Shown: positions 40,350 through 51,200 of the stretch, one piece after another
How positions within the stretch are numbered: the first letter of the stretch is position 1
How the letters are laid out: each line of letters opens with the position of its first letter
Made by a program: the position numbers and the translations under genes
Origin: an uncultured candidate division Zixibacteria bacterium
Lineage (GTDB): Bacteria > Zixibacteria > MSB-5A5 > UBA10806
Assembly (NCBI GenBank): GCA_963817915.1
Contig: CAWFQL010000017.1
Span: forward strand, 256,001-320,000
Reading direction: 5' to 3'
Length of the DNA stretch: 64,000 bases
The notes under the pieces: model-generated
What the model saw: the letters and a program-made list of their open reading frames with translations, nothing else
Database searches by the model: none
Told to the model about the DNA's origin: nothing

Positions 40350-41429
40350 ATGAGTTTCGATAAATTGCTCGATAGGCGTCCGGAATTTATAAAAAAGAAG
40401 CTTGGCTCAAAGTCTAAAGTTTGTTTGCTCAATGGTCATGACATCTTCAAGCATATTCGCGAAGACAAAATCATTGTAATGGCCTGCAACACTCGAATCA
40501 AACACGTGATTCCAGGAATTATGAAGGCTGCCATGGAAACCGATTCGTTGGTGGCGTTCGAATTGGCCAAATCAGAATCTGATCTTAAAGGCGGCTATGT
40601 CAATATGACGCCCAAAGATTATTTCGAAACAATTATCGCTTATGCCGAGCAAATCGGATATACGCATCCATTTATTATTCATGCCGATCACTTGACTGTT
40701 AAAACCAATAAAGAGGAAGAGATAGCTGAAACTGAAAAGTTAATGGCGGCCCAACTTGCGGCTGGCTATACATCATATGCTATCGACGCGTCATTTAACC
40801 CTGAAGACGAAAATATTAAAATCACTATCAGGCTTGCAAAACCTGTTGTCGAACAAGGCCTTGGATTGGAAACAGAAGTCGGCGAAATAAAATCGGTCGG
40901 TTCCACGGGCGAAATTACGACAGTCGATGAAGCTCGCATCTTTATTGATGGTCTTCATGACGCCAAAATAACCCCTGATCTACTTGGAATCAACAACGGC
41001 TCCAAGCACGGAAATTATCTTGAAGGCGAGGAAATCCATATTGATCTTAAGAGGACAGGGGATTGCTACAACGTGATAAAAGGTTATGGTGTTTGCATTG
41101 CCCAGCACGGAATAACGGGAACGCCCCTACACTTGGTGGGCAAATTTGCCGATTATGGTATTAGGAAGGGCAATGTTGGGACGGAATGGCAAAATATAGC
41201 TCATCGCAATATGCCGCAAGACCTTATGCAGGCCATGAAGGATTGGGCTAAGGGAGTTAATAAAGATATTAAATTCACTACCAAGCAATTTTTCAAGGAA
41301 ATCGATCAAATTCCCGAAAGTAATATGAAATCGATGGAAGAAGACGCCCGTAAAACTGCAATCGAATATTTCAAGGCATTTCGAGCAGTCGGTTCTGCAT
41401 CATTATTCAGCAGAAAGTCGATTGGTTGA
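40350..41429 (+). CDS. Second, divergent class II aldolase (FBP/TBP aldolase family)
   Basis: IIHADH, AIDAS, LETEVGEI, GSKHG, AQHGITG, KGNVGT. Confidence 0.8.
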   Translation: MSFDKLLDRRPEFIKKKLGSKSKVCLLNGHDIFKHIREDKIIVMACNTRIKHVIPGIMKAAMETDSLVAFELAKSESDLKGGYVNMTPKDYFETIIAYAEQIGYTHPFIIHADHLTVKTNKEEEIAETEKLMAAQLAAGYTSYAIDASFNPEDENIKITIRLAKPVVEQGLGLETEVGEIKSVGSTGEITTVDEARIFIDGLHDAKITPDLLGINNGSKHGNYLEGEEIHIDLKRTGDCYNVIKGYGVCIAQHGITGTPLHLVGKFADYGIRKGNVGTEWQNIAHRNMPQDLMQAMKDWAKGVNKDIKFTTKQFFKEIDQIPESNMKSMEEDARKTAIEYFKAFRAVGSASLFSRKSIG

Positions 41430-41438
41430 AAATTATAC

Positions 41439-41466
41439 TTGACAATTTTGGTATGAACAATATCTT
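41439..41466 (+). promoter_or_regulatory. Putative sigma70 promoter for the porU cluster
   Basis: TTGACA-16 nt-TATCTT. Confidence 0.55.
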
Positions 41467-41626
41467 AGACGTAATTTGAATTGACGAAAGGAAACGCTTA
41501 TCGTAATTGGCTAAAGGGTAGTTGTAGAAAAGCGAAGAGATTGTAAAAAGGCTTTACCTACATGCCCAGTGGCTAATTTTTTGTCTTTGGCCGAATGGCC
41601 GAAGATGAAATGTATTCATCGGAGGA

Positions 41627-44600
41627 TTGATGCTCTGCCGAAAAAAACTGATTTTGTTAGGACAGGCATTTTTTTCGATTAGTATCTTAATAAGCATATC
41701 TTCAGCTTCGACCATTTTTGACGGCGATGTAGAAATTTTAAAATCCGATAATTCAGGCGTAACCCTGAAATATAAAGTTCCTTCGAGTTCGTTTACGCCG
41801 TTTGAACAGGGCAATAACAAATATCATTCTCTTAATATTGAGCGAACGGCTCAAAATCGCGTTGAAGGACAATCAATAATTCCTATAAAGATTGTGCCGT
41901 TGGCCTTGCCTCCCGGCGCCACTGCCAAAATCCAGGTGATCGACGCAAATTATAAGGATGCGGAATTTAAAAAATTGCCGCCATTTTTTGCTCGTTCTTC
42001 AAAGGAAGAATACGACAAGGCATACGAAGATGCCTCATTAAAGAGCACCGTGACGCATAGCGATCCATATATAGTATCATTCGATAATTTGAGGGGATTA
42101 AAAATTGCCAGAATTGGCATCCCTGCGATTAGGTACTCTGAAAACCCGCCAAGTTTATCGATGCTCCAGACCATCACGCTTAGAGTGGATTTTGTGGGCG
42201 GACAGTCAAATTTGCCGGTGTCATTCCAGCATCCTGGAAATGCGTTTAATAAGATTTTTTCCAAGGTGGTCGCCAACTATGATGTCGGGGCCAATTGGGT
42301 CGCCAAAGAACAGAAAATTGCTCTTGGAGCGTCAGCGACTTCAAGCGTATTCGATTCAGCATCCACATGGTTCAGAATGGAGCTTACAACAGAGGGGATT
42401 TATTCTATCGGCTGGAATCAATTTCGATCATTAGGGATAGCTAATCCAGATGTGGATATTGATCCTTCGCGCGTGCGTGTCTTCTATGGAGGCGGCAGGG
42501 AACTACCTCCCAATAATAGTACGCCCCGTCCGGAATTTAGGGAAATCCCAATACAGTTTATCGATGCAAATGGCAATGGTGTATTCGATGGTTTGGATTT
42601 ATTTGTATTTTACGCCGACGGAGTCGATAGTTGGGAATATGATTCGACCTTGAATAATTTTATTCGGTATAAAAATCATTATACCAGCAAGAATGTATTT
42701 TGGCTCACAATCGACGGGAATTTTTCCGGACCTGCCAAACGATATCCAAGCTGGGATGGAAATCCCAATGGGGCATATGATGTCTCTACTGATTCATACA
42801 CTGCAATGTTTAATAAAGAAGAAGATATTCTATTCTGGAAATATTCACCAATCCAACAGGATTATAATGATTATTTTGAATGGTATTGGGCTTCGGGAAA
42901 ATCATTTTCAACCAGCGCGCAGTTGTATGATGTTGTTTCTGGCGGAACGGCGGAAATAATAGTCAGGCATAGGGCAGGTAATCTTTCGCTGACGGTAAAC
43001 AGCTCAAGTGCAACCCCGATGCGCCAATTACCTCCTTTTTCGATATTTTCGGCATCGAATCTTAGGGACGGACTCAATAGTATCACATTACAGTCAGTTA
43101 CCAATTTCTATACTGATTATATAAATATTCTTTATCCCAGATGGCTGAGGACAATTGACGGCAATTTGCGATTCTCGCAACCGGATACTTTTGGGGTTGT
43201 CCGTTATAATCTTACCAATGTAGATTCGGATTATTTGCTTCTGGATATATCCGACAAGATGAATCCCGTTAAAATAGCAGGCGGGTCATGGAGTGGGCAG
43301 AATCTATCATTTCTTGATACTGTATCAGCGCAATCGCATAAACAGTATTATATTTCAAACAAGAATCGATTCAAGACTCCCAGTTCGATAACGACCTATC
43401 AAATTGATAATTTGAAAGATGTGAATTCATCAAACAACCGCGCTGATGAGATTATATTGACTTACGATGGATTCTATGATCAGGCAGTGCGCTTGGCCCA
43501 GCATCGTCAGAACGTATATGGTCTGGCCACAAGAATAGTCAAAATATCAGATGTCTATAATCAATTTTCTTACGGCCTTTTGGATGCCATTGCCATAAGG
43601 GATTTTCTGAAATATGCTTATGAAAATTGGCAATCGCCAGCGCCATCCTACGTGGTTTTGCTGGGAGATGGCAATTATGATTATAGAAATTACATGGGTT
43701 CAAGTTCTCATATTTATATACCGCCATATGAATATCTGCCTCTATTCGGCAGCGACCTCGGAATGTCGGACGAGCTTTTTGTCTATTTTGGGAGTTACGG
43801 TAATCTCGATTCGGATTCAAATTCAATTCCCGACATGATGATTGGAAGAATTTCTGCCCGATCGGTACAAGATGCTTCCGAGATGATTGATAAGATAATC
43901 GATTACGACAGCAATCCGGATCTTGGCCCCTGGAGAAACAGGGTAGTCGTTGCTGCAGATGATAATCTTCACCCTCCGCATGATAACGATTGGAATCATA
44001 CCGCGCAAGCCGAGGATCTGGCTAATCACCATGTGCCCAATAGCTTTGAAACCGGTAAGATTTATTTGATTGAATATCCAATGGGGGCAGGCGGCGAAAA
44101 ACCGCAGGCAAGAGAAGCCCTTATGAGCGCATATAATCAGGGCTCATTGATCATCGATTGGATTGGACACGGGAGCGCCGGTCTTTGGGCTGACGAGCAC
44201 ATTTTCCGGAGAATCGAAGATATTCCACGTTTGCATAACGGCAAAAGACTTTCTCTGGTATTCACCGCCTCATGCTCGATTGGCGCATTTGATTTTCCGG
44301 CATTTGAAAGCATGGCGGAGGAATTGGCTCGCACTTATGGACGCGGGGCAATTGCGGTAATCTCGGCAACAAGAGGAGTATATGCCACATCCAATGGCCA
44401 ATTCAATAATGCAGTATTCGATCAGTTATTGAATTCAGATTCAGTTGGAATAGGCGCCGCGATGTATATAGCGAAATTTTTGAGGCAATCAGGCGATAGC
44501 GGAACTAATACAAATGACAGAGTATATGTGCTTTTTGGAGACCCGGCGCAGCTTTTGCAATTTCCCAAGTATAAGGTGAGATTCAATTCTGTCCCGGATT

Positions 44601-45658
44601 CATTGGCCGCGCTTACCGAGAACGAGGTTTCAGGTGAAATTACCGATGTTGCCGGCAATATTATGAGCGATTTTAACGGCACTGTTTGGGTTTCCGTTAA
44701 AGATGGAGCGACCTTAAGATCTGTGGCCCTGCTCGATCGATATAATAATCCGATATCTCCACCCCAATTCATAAGCTTTATTAAATCCGGCGCCACCATT
44801 TTTCATGGCCCTACGGATGTCGTCAATGGTCATTTTACTGGCCGATTTTTTACTCCGAAAGATATTTCTTATGGCAGCGCTGATGCCAGGATATATGCTT
44901 ATGGTGAAAATGGGGTTTACGATGCCGTCGGAGTAGCAGATTCCCTTAGAATTTCTGGTTCAATGCCGACCGATCAAGATTCGACCGGCCCTGTTATACA
45001 TCTATTTGTTGACGGGAGGCCGTTCAGACAAGAAATAACACAGGTTCCATCGGCTTTTGTACTTACAGCGGATATTACCGATGATCACGGGGTCAATATT
45101 ACCGGTCAGTTGGGTCATGGAATAGTTTTAAGTATCGACGATGGCAGAGTATTAGAAATGGATATCACCGGCAACTTTAGTTACGGTAGAGGAAATTATC
45201 AGGGCGGTGTTTTGACATTCCAAACGCCCGAACTGCCGCTTGGACAGCATACTTTGTCTTTGAAGGCCTGGGATAATTTCAATAATTCCACGCTGACTAA
45301 TTCAAATATTGAAGTGGTTTCAACTCAAAATCTTGCTATCTCCAATGTTATGAATTATCCGAATCCTGTGAAGGGAATCGGAGTGAATACATCATTCCAA
45401 TACTGCCTGAATGAAAATGTAGATAAAATTATAATCAAAATATTCACTGAAGCGGGGAGAAAGATAAAGACGTTGGAATTTACAAGTCCGGATTATACGC
45501 AGATGGATTGTCATCAGGTTGATTGGAATCTTAGAGATGGCGATGGCGATCCTATTGCCGATGGAATTTATTTATATAAAGTTATAGCGGAAAAGCAGGA
45601 TGGGAACGGTTCCCATTCGGAAGCTGACGATACCAGAAAATTAGTAATACTGAGGTAA
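41627..45658 (+). CDS. porU: Type IX secretion sortase PorU (C25 peptidase)
   Basis: C25 propeptide-like N-terminus; AIRDFLKYAY, LLGDGNYD, WIGHG (His), FTASC (Cys), LFGDPA, GQLGHGI, KAWDNFNN; CTD with NYPNP. Confidence 0.88.
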   Translation: MMLCRKKLILLGQAFFSISILISISSASTIFDGDVEILKSDNSGVTLKYKVPSSSFTPFEQGNNKYHSLNIERTAQNRVEGQSIIPIKIVPLALPPGATAKIQVIDANYKDAEFKKLPPFFARSSKEEYDKAYEDASLKSTVTHSDPYIVSFDNLRGLKIARIGIPAIRYSENPPSLSMLQTITLRVDFVGGQSNLPVSFQHPGNAFNKIFSKVVANYDVGANWVAKEQKIALGASATSSVFDSASTWFRMELTTEGIYSIGWNQFRSLGIANPDVDIDPSRVRVFYGGGRELPPNNSTPRPEFREIPIQFIDANGNGVFDGLDLFVFYADGVDSWEYDSTLNNFIRYKNHYTSKNVFWLTIDGNFSGPAKRYPSWDGNPNGAYDVSTDSYTAMFNKEEDILFWKYSPIQQDYNDYFEWYWASGKSFSTSAQLYDVVSGGTAEIIVRHRAGNLSLTVNSSSATPMRQLPPFSIFSASNLRDGLNSITLQSVTNFYTDYINILYPRWLRTIDGNLRFSQPDTFGVVRYNLTNVDSDYLLLDISDKMNPVKIAGGSWSGQNLSFLDTVSAQSHKQYYISNKNRFKTPSSITTYQIDNLKDVNSSNNRADEIILTYDGFYDQAVRLAQHRQNVYGLATRIVKISDVYNQFSYGLLDAIAIRDFLKYAYENWQSPAPSYVVLLGDGNYDYRNYMGSSSHIYIPPYEYLPLFGSDLGMSDELFVYFGSYGNLDSDSNSIPDMMIGRISARSVQDASEMIDKIIDYDSNPDLGPWRNRVVVAADDNLHPPHDNDWNHTAQAEDLANHHVPNSFETGKIYLIEYPMGAGGEKPQAREALMSAYNQGSLIIDWIGHGSAGLWADEHIFRRIEDIPRLHNGKRLSLVFTASCSIGAFDFPAFESMAEELARTYGRGAIAVISATRGVYATSNGQFNNAVFDQLLNSDSVGIGAAMYIAKFLRQSGDSGTNTNDRVYVLFGDPAQLLQFPKYKVRFNSVPDSLAALTENEVSGEITDVAGNIMSDFNGTVWVSVKDGATLRSVALLDRYNNPISPPQFISFIKSGATIFHGPTDVVNGHFTGRFFTPKDISYGSADARIYAYGENGVYDAVGVADSLRISGSMPTDQDSTGPVIHLFVDGRPFRQEITQVPSAFVLTADITDDHGVNITGQLGHGIVLSIDDGRVLEMDITGNFSYGRGNYQGGVLTFQTPELPLGQHTLSLKAWDNFNNSTLTNSNIEVVSTQNLAISNVMNYPNPVKGIGVNTSFQYCLNENVDKIIIKIFTEAGRKIKTLEFTSPDYTQMDCHQVDWNLRDGDGDPIADGIYLYKVIAEKQDGNGSHSEADDTRKLVILR

Positions 45659-45716
45659 GAAACTGTATGAATTTGACCGACAATAATATAGATCATCATT
45701 GTAATCGGAGGATGGA

Positions 45717-48293
45717 ATGAGGCAGTATAAATTAGTAATATTACTTTTATTGGCGATGTCAGCATTAGCCGCGGCCCAGGTTTCGCAAACTGCGGTCCAG
45801 TTCTTGTTGATAGCACCGGGGGCCAGGGCCGGAGGCATGGGAGAGACATTTATTGCGATTTCGGATGATGCCACGGCCGTACATTGGAATCCAGCGGGTC
45901 TTGGACGGTATCCGCTCACTGCTTCGTGGCTCGATTTTAACTCCGCTCCCGGCGATACAATTCAATCATTATCAATGGTTAAAAATAATTTGCCCGAAAA
46001 TAATTATCGTCAATATGATCTTTGGAGCATTATTAACGGTCACCTTACCAAATGGGACGGCGCTCACTGGGTTGCGGGCACGTTACAGCCATTGAGAGCT
46101 GGAGCTTCACTGGAATCAGTGATAATGCGCTATACCGGCTTGGGCGAAAACGAAGCGGCGCCATATATTGATAAATTGGCCAGAGCCAATAATACTATCA
46201 TGCCTGAAACAATGGATTCATTGAAAACAGAAATAATGGCGGCTCTTCCTCAGGATTATTTATATAAAGAAGATCTCCAATATGGCTTTGAAAAACTCCA
46301 TAAGGCATGGCTTCAGCTTCGAATAAATGTCAAAGGATTTTCCGCAATTCGGAATGATATAAACAATGTCCTGGCTGATTCAATAGCCACCACCGATGAA
46401 ATGGATAAAGTGACATTCGGTTTTGATAGAGGAATCGAAGCCAAGGGCGACAGAGAAGTCTGGCTGCCGTACGACTTGACTCTTCCGGATAAGATTAATT
46501 GCCTCAATTCCGATGAAGAAATTCTTTATCTCGGAACCAATAATGGCTTATACAGATTCGATCCTCAAAAGAGCATCTGGTCATTTTTTACGGTCGCCAA
46601 AGATTCGCTGCCATCGGATAATATCACGGCGATTGAAAAAGGCTCCAAGAAAATGATGTATATAGGCACGTCAAATGGGCTGGTGAAATTCACCGGCAGG
46701 AATATTACCAAATTCCCGCCCAATTCCGATGTGCCTACAGGTCAGATTGACGCTATTGCCGCGTCAAGCGATCGTGATGCCTGGCTGGCATCGGATGGCA
46801 TCCTTTATCACTATGACGGCGCCAAATGGAGCCAATTCAAGGAAAAAGAATTATCGATCGGGGAGAGCATTCCCAAAGTTGTCGAGAAATTTTATGGTGA
46901 AATAGGCACTGTCATGTATGATACAGTTATGAGCATGGTAACTGCCTACAATTCAACAAAGGGAGATACAACTCAAACCGGGAAGCCGATAAAATTGCCG
47001 TATAATCTCGGATACAGAGGAAAGATAACAGCTCTCGGTGTCGATGAAAGATACCGTCTCTGGATCGGTACTACTTACGGAGTAAGTCTTTTCACCGGCG
47101 ATGATTTCAAGCTATTTGGATACAAGATATATCAGGCGCCGGAGTCCACTTCAGTGCAGTCAGTTGCCGCTCAATATATAACCGATCGTGATCCTCAAAA
47201 GATCGAGCTGCTTTCATCGAAGATAAGGCAGTTTAACGGGCTTGAGTCCGATCAGATCAATTCCGGCAAAAAGCTTTTGGTTTATTCCAATTCACTGGGA
47301 TCGGAAATAAAAGCTATCAGACCAATTACCGGAAAAAAAGTTGCGGTCGCTACATCGTACGGCGCGGTCGAATATGATAATGGCAAATGGAGTCGAATTC
47401 AGAATCTGGATATTGCCAGGTCTAATGTCTCCAATATATATGCCAAGTCTGGCGATATGTGGTTTGCATCTCCTAAAAAAGTCTCGGTCTATGCCGCAGC
47501 CAAAAAACAGGTGACATTCATGCATTCCAATTATCTGGTGCAGCTTGCCAGCGATCTTTATTACGATTTCTTTTCGATCGTATATCCAACAGCCGATTGG
47601 GGGACATTTGGTTTCGGAGTTCATTTCATTTCATATGGAGAGCAACTGCGCACAAATGAAAACAATTTGCCCGAAGGCTCGTTTACTTCTTATGATATAG
47701 CGTTTACAGTATCATACGGCACGAATCTAATGAACAACCTCTATGGAGGACTTTCAGTTCGCTATATAAATTCGCATCTTTCAGTGGTAGGCGCCGGTGC
47801 TGAAAGAGGTAAAGGTGTAGGGTATTCGCTGGCAGTTGATGCCGGCGTGATCTATGATATGACCCGCCGACTCACTCTGGCCGCGACCGTAACCAACCTC
47901 GGCCCCGATATAGCCTATATCGATGCTGATCAGGCGGACCCGTTACCAAGAAAATTGGCGCTCGGTTTTGCCTATAAACTTATCGATTCGCCATTTAATA
48001 AATTGACAGTTTTGGGCGAAGCCACAAAACTATTGGTTGATTTGAATCACAGTGTCAAGACGGAGATTGAAGAGATTATTCCGCATATCGGAATCGAGTA
48101 CTGGTATTCGAATTATGTGGCTTTAAGAGCGGGATATGTCTACGACAAAATCGGCGTGCAAAAATACTTTACTTTGGGCACGTCGCTGCAATACAGCAGT
48201 TATCGATTTGATTTCTCTTATATTCCAGCGTCGAGCGAGGAGACTAATAGGTTGGCCAATACTATGCGTTTTTCCATGAATGTGGGGTTCTAA
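45717..48293 (+). CDS. porV: PorV family outer membrane protein with an internal insertion of about 530 aa
   Basis: FLLIAPGARAGGMGE...DDATAVHWNPAGL N-terminus. The barrel resumes at QVTFMHSNYLVQLASDLYY, with NLGPDIAY...DPLP, GIEYWY, LRAGY. Adjacent to porU. Confidence 0.82.
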   Translation: MRQYKLVILLLLAMSALAAAQVSQTAVQFLLIAPGARAGGMGETFIAISDDATAVHWNPAGLGRYPLTASWLDFNSAPGDTIQSLSMVKNNLPENNYRQYDLWSIINGHLTKWDGAHWVAGTLQPLRAGASLESVIMRYTGLGENEAAPYIDKLARANNTIMPETMDSLKTEIMAALPQDYLYKEDLQYGFEKLHKAWLQLRINVKGFSAIRNDINNVLADSIATTDEMDKVTFGFDRGIEAKGDREVWLPYDLTLPDKINCLNSDEEILYLGTNNGLYRFDPQKSIWSFFTVAKDSLPSDNITAIEKGSKKMMYIGTSNGLVKFTGRNITKFPPNSDVPTGQIDAIAASSDRDAWLASDGILYHYDGAKWSQFKEKELSIGESIPKVVEKFYGEIGTVMYDTVMSMVTAYNSTKGDTTQTGKPIKLPYNLGYRGKITALGVDERYRLWIGTTYGVSLFTGDDFKLFGYKIYQAPESTSVQSVAAQYITDRDPQKIELLSSKIRQFNGLESDQINSGKKLLVYSNSLGSEIKAIRPITGKKVAVATSYGAVEYDNGKWSRIQNLDIARSNVSNIYAKSGDMWFASPKKVSVYAAAKKQVTFMHSNYLVQLASDLYYDFFSIVYPTADWGTFGFGVHFISYGEQLRTNENNLPEGSFTSYDIAFTVSYGTNLMNNLYGGLSVRYINSHLSVVGAGAERGKGVGYSLAVDAGVIYDMTRRLTLAATVTNLGPDIAYIDADQADPLPRKLALGFAYKLIDSPFNKLTVLGEATKLLVDLNHSVKTEIEEIIPHIGIEYWYSNYVALRAGYVYDKIGVQKYFTLGTSLQYSSYRFDFSYIPASSEETNRLANTMRFSMNVGF

Positions 48294-51200
48294 GATAGTG
48301 AATTTATCGAAACGCACTTTAATAATTGCTATTGGCATACTATTTTTGGTCTCGGCCCACTTTTCATTTGCCCAAAAGATTCTCAAGCCGCTTTCATTGA
48401 GATCAATTCCCAGAGAAAGTACGGTTAAGAGTGACGAATTCCGATCCGGCGTATCCGAAAAGAATTTGCTGGGATTGGAGCGGCCGTCGCTTTATGCATT
48501 GCCGACTGCGAAACACGGTATGCCATTAACTGCCGCGAGCATTATGTCTGATTCGATCAGGGTATTGGTTTTGAAGGTTGAATTTCAGAAAGAAATACCG
48601 GATGATCCATACACGACCGGCGATGGCACATTCGATCTTAGAACATATGATCAATTTGTAGCCGCGGAAGGACATTATATCGATCCCGCGCCTCATAATA
48701 CATCATATTTCAATGCTCACATGCAAGCTTTGCACAATTATTGGTATTATGTTTCCGAAAAGCAGCTGCAGATTCAATGGGATGTATATCCTCAACCAGA
48801 AAGCGTTTCGATTCAATTGCCGGTGCCAATGGCCTATTACGGATCGAATATGAATTGGGAAAGTATCGGCGACAGACTCGGTAATTTTCTGATCCGCGCA
48901 ATTACACTTGCCGATTCATTATATCCTGAGATCGATTTCGGCCGTTACCAGGCGGTCATTGTTTTCCATGCTGGTTCGGATCAACAAAATAATCTTTCCT
49001 ATTTCCCTCAATTCGATACGCCATACGATTTCTATACAGGGTTCCTAAAGCTCAGCAAGCCAGTTATGGTGGATGATAGCACAGTTGCTATTCAGGAGGG
49101 GACGATACTCCCGGAATTTGCAAGTCAGGATAACCGTATTACCGCCCTAAATGGTGTAGTAGCCCATGAATTTGGACATCAATTAGGACTCGTAGACCTA
49201 TACAAAACCGACAATTTCTTTACGCAGGTTGGCGATTTTTCGCTGATGGACAACAATGGAATGTCGGTCGGTGTCCAATTCCCTGATATAGGGCCGACAG
49301 TCGGCGGTACGATGCCTGTTTACCCCGATGCCTGGTCGAGGGCTTATCTTGGATTCGATATACCTCGTGAAATTACCGATGGGAATAATGTGCCAATTTC
49401 AGCGGCCGCTCAAAATCATGGAAGTACAGAGATAATCAAAGTGCCAATTACCGAATACGAATATTTCCTGATTGAAAATAGACAGCAGGACGCCGACACA
49501 TTGGATCCATCCAACCCATTTGCTGATATTTTAGTTGGCGATCCGGCTACAGGAGTGATTTTAGGCCCGGGGTTTGCATATTTTCAGGGAAACGATACAA
49601 TTTTGGTTTCCGATGGCGAATACGATCGGATTACTCCCGGCAATGGTGCCGTAATATGGCACGTCGATGAAGCAGTCGCTTATCAGGATACTCTCCACAA
49701 TGGCGATAATAACTTTTTTAATAATACACTGCAATGGGACCCCGCCAGGAGATTTCTGTCATTGGTAGAAGCTGATGGCGTAATCGATTTCGGAGGGTAT
49801 TACTACCGGGGTTATGGCGATGATAATGATTATTTTAAGGGACCGAATAGGGTATCATTTACGCCCAGCACTAATCCATCATCGAATTCCATTCTGGGAT
49901 GCGATTCTCATATTTCTGTTACGGATATTTCCAATTCGGATACTTTGATGTATGTTGATATAAATATCGATTGGCTGATGGCCGGATGGCCCCAAATGGG
50001 ATTGCCCAATCAAATGTCCGATCCGATAATAGCCGATCTTCTGTCGAATGATACTTCGGAAGTTTTGATTACGGCGTCCAATAGATTGCTTATCTGGAAG
50101 CCAAATGGACAAAAATTTATTTCCAATGGCGATTCCGTAGGAATCTTGAGATACGATAGCAGTATCGCAATCTATCCCTGGGCTATTGCCGCCGAATGCG
50201 ATAGTACGATTTCGACCAGGCCCGTGATTTTCGATTATAATGGCGACGGCGAAAATGATATCGCGTTGACTTCGAATTCGGGACGATTGTACGCGTTTAA
50301 TCCTCGTGATAACAACTCCGATGGCCGACTCGATCCGATTGTCGGTTTCCCTCTGGATCTGCATTTAAATACGCGGTTGGCTCCGATAACAGTGAATTTC
50401 CTACCAGGCGCTGAGAACGAGCTCATCGCATTCGATGATTCCGGCAAGGTGCATATGGTTTATAATGTCCTGGAAGACAGTGTCGTGTACAATTTTAACG
50501 GGATAGTAATTTCTGCCGCCGCGTATCAGGTTGCCGGGAAAAACGTAATCGACGCTTTGGTCAGTCAGCCAGGCGGAACGAGCCTGAATCGAATCGCGGC
50601 CGATTCCGGGACTGCGGTTTTCGCGCAGGAATTTTCGCCGGTAGCATTTCCATTTTATCATTATGTTCCCTCTATACCGGTTTCTATAATTGCAGTCGAT
50701 ATAGACAGGGATGGAAATTTGCCCGAAATCCTGATTACATTTTCCTACAAAATAGAGCTTATAAAAAATGACGGTTCAGTCGCGTGGTCTATCGATACTG
50801 ATCGTGAGCTTTATCATACCGCAATTGGCGATATTAATTCCGATGGTTATCCTGAAATCGTGATAGGCGCCGAATCGGCAATATACGCATTTAATTATAC
50901 AGGCTCTTTAATGCAGAATTTCCCCATCGATATGAACAAGTATAAACTCGGTGGAGCGATAATATCGTCGCCGATATTGGGGGATATTGATAACAATGCA
51001 GCACCGGAAATTATAGTCGGTTTGCCGGGCGGCGGCATTTACGCATTTGATCAATACTCTGACCGTGTCGCAGGATTCCCATTGCCGAGTTCATTTGGAG
51101 TCAGTAACTCGGCGGCGTTAGGCGATTTAAATAATGATGGGGAAATTGACCTGGTCACGGAGGAAAATTCGGGATTTGTCAAGGCCTGGAATTTATCAGC

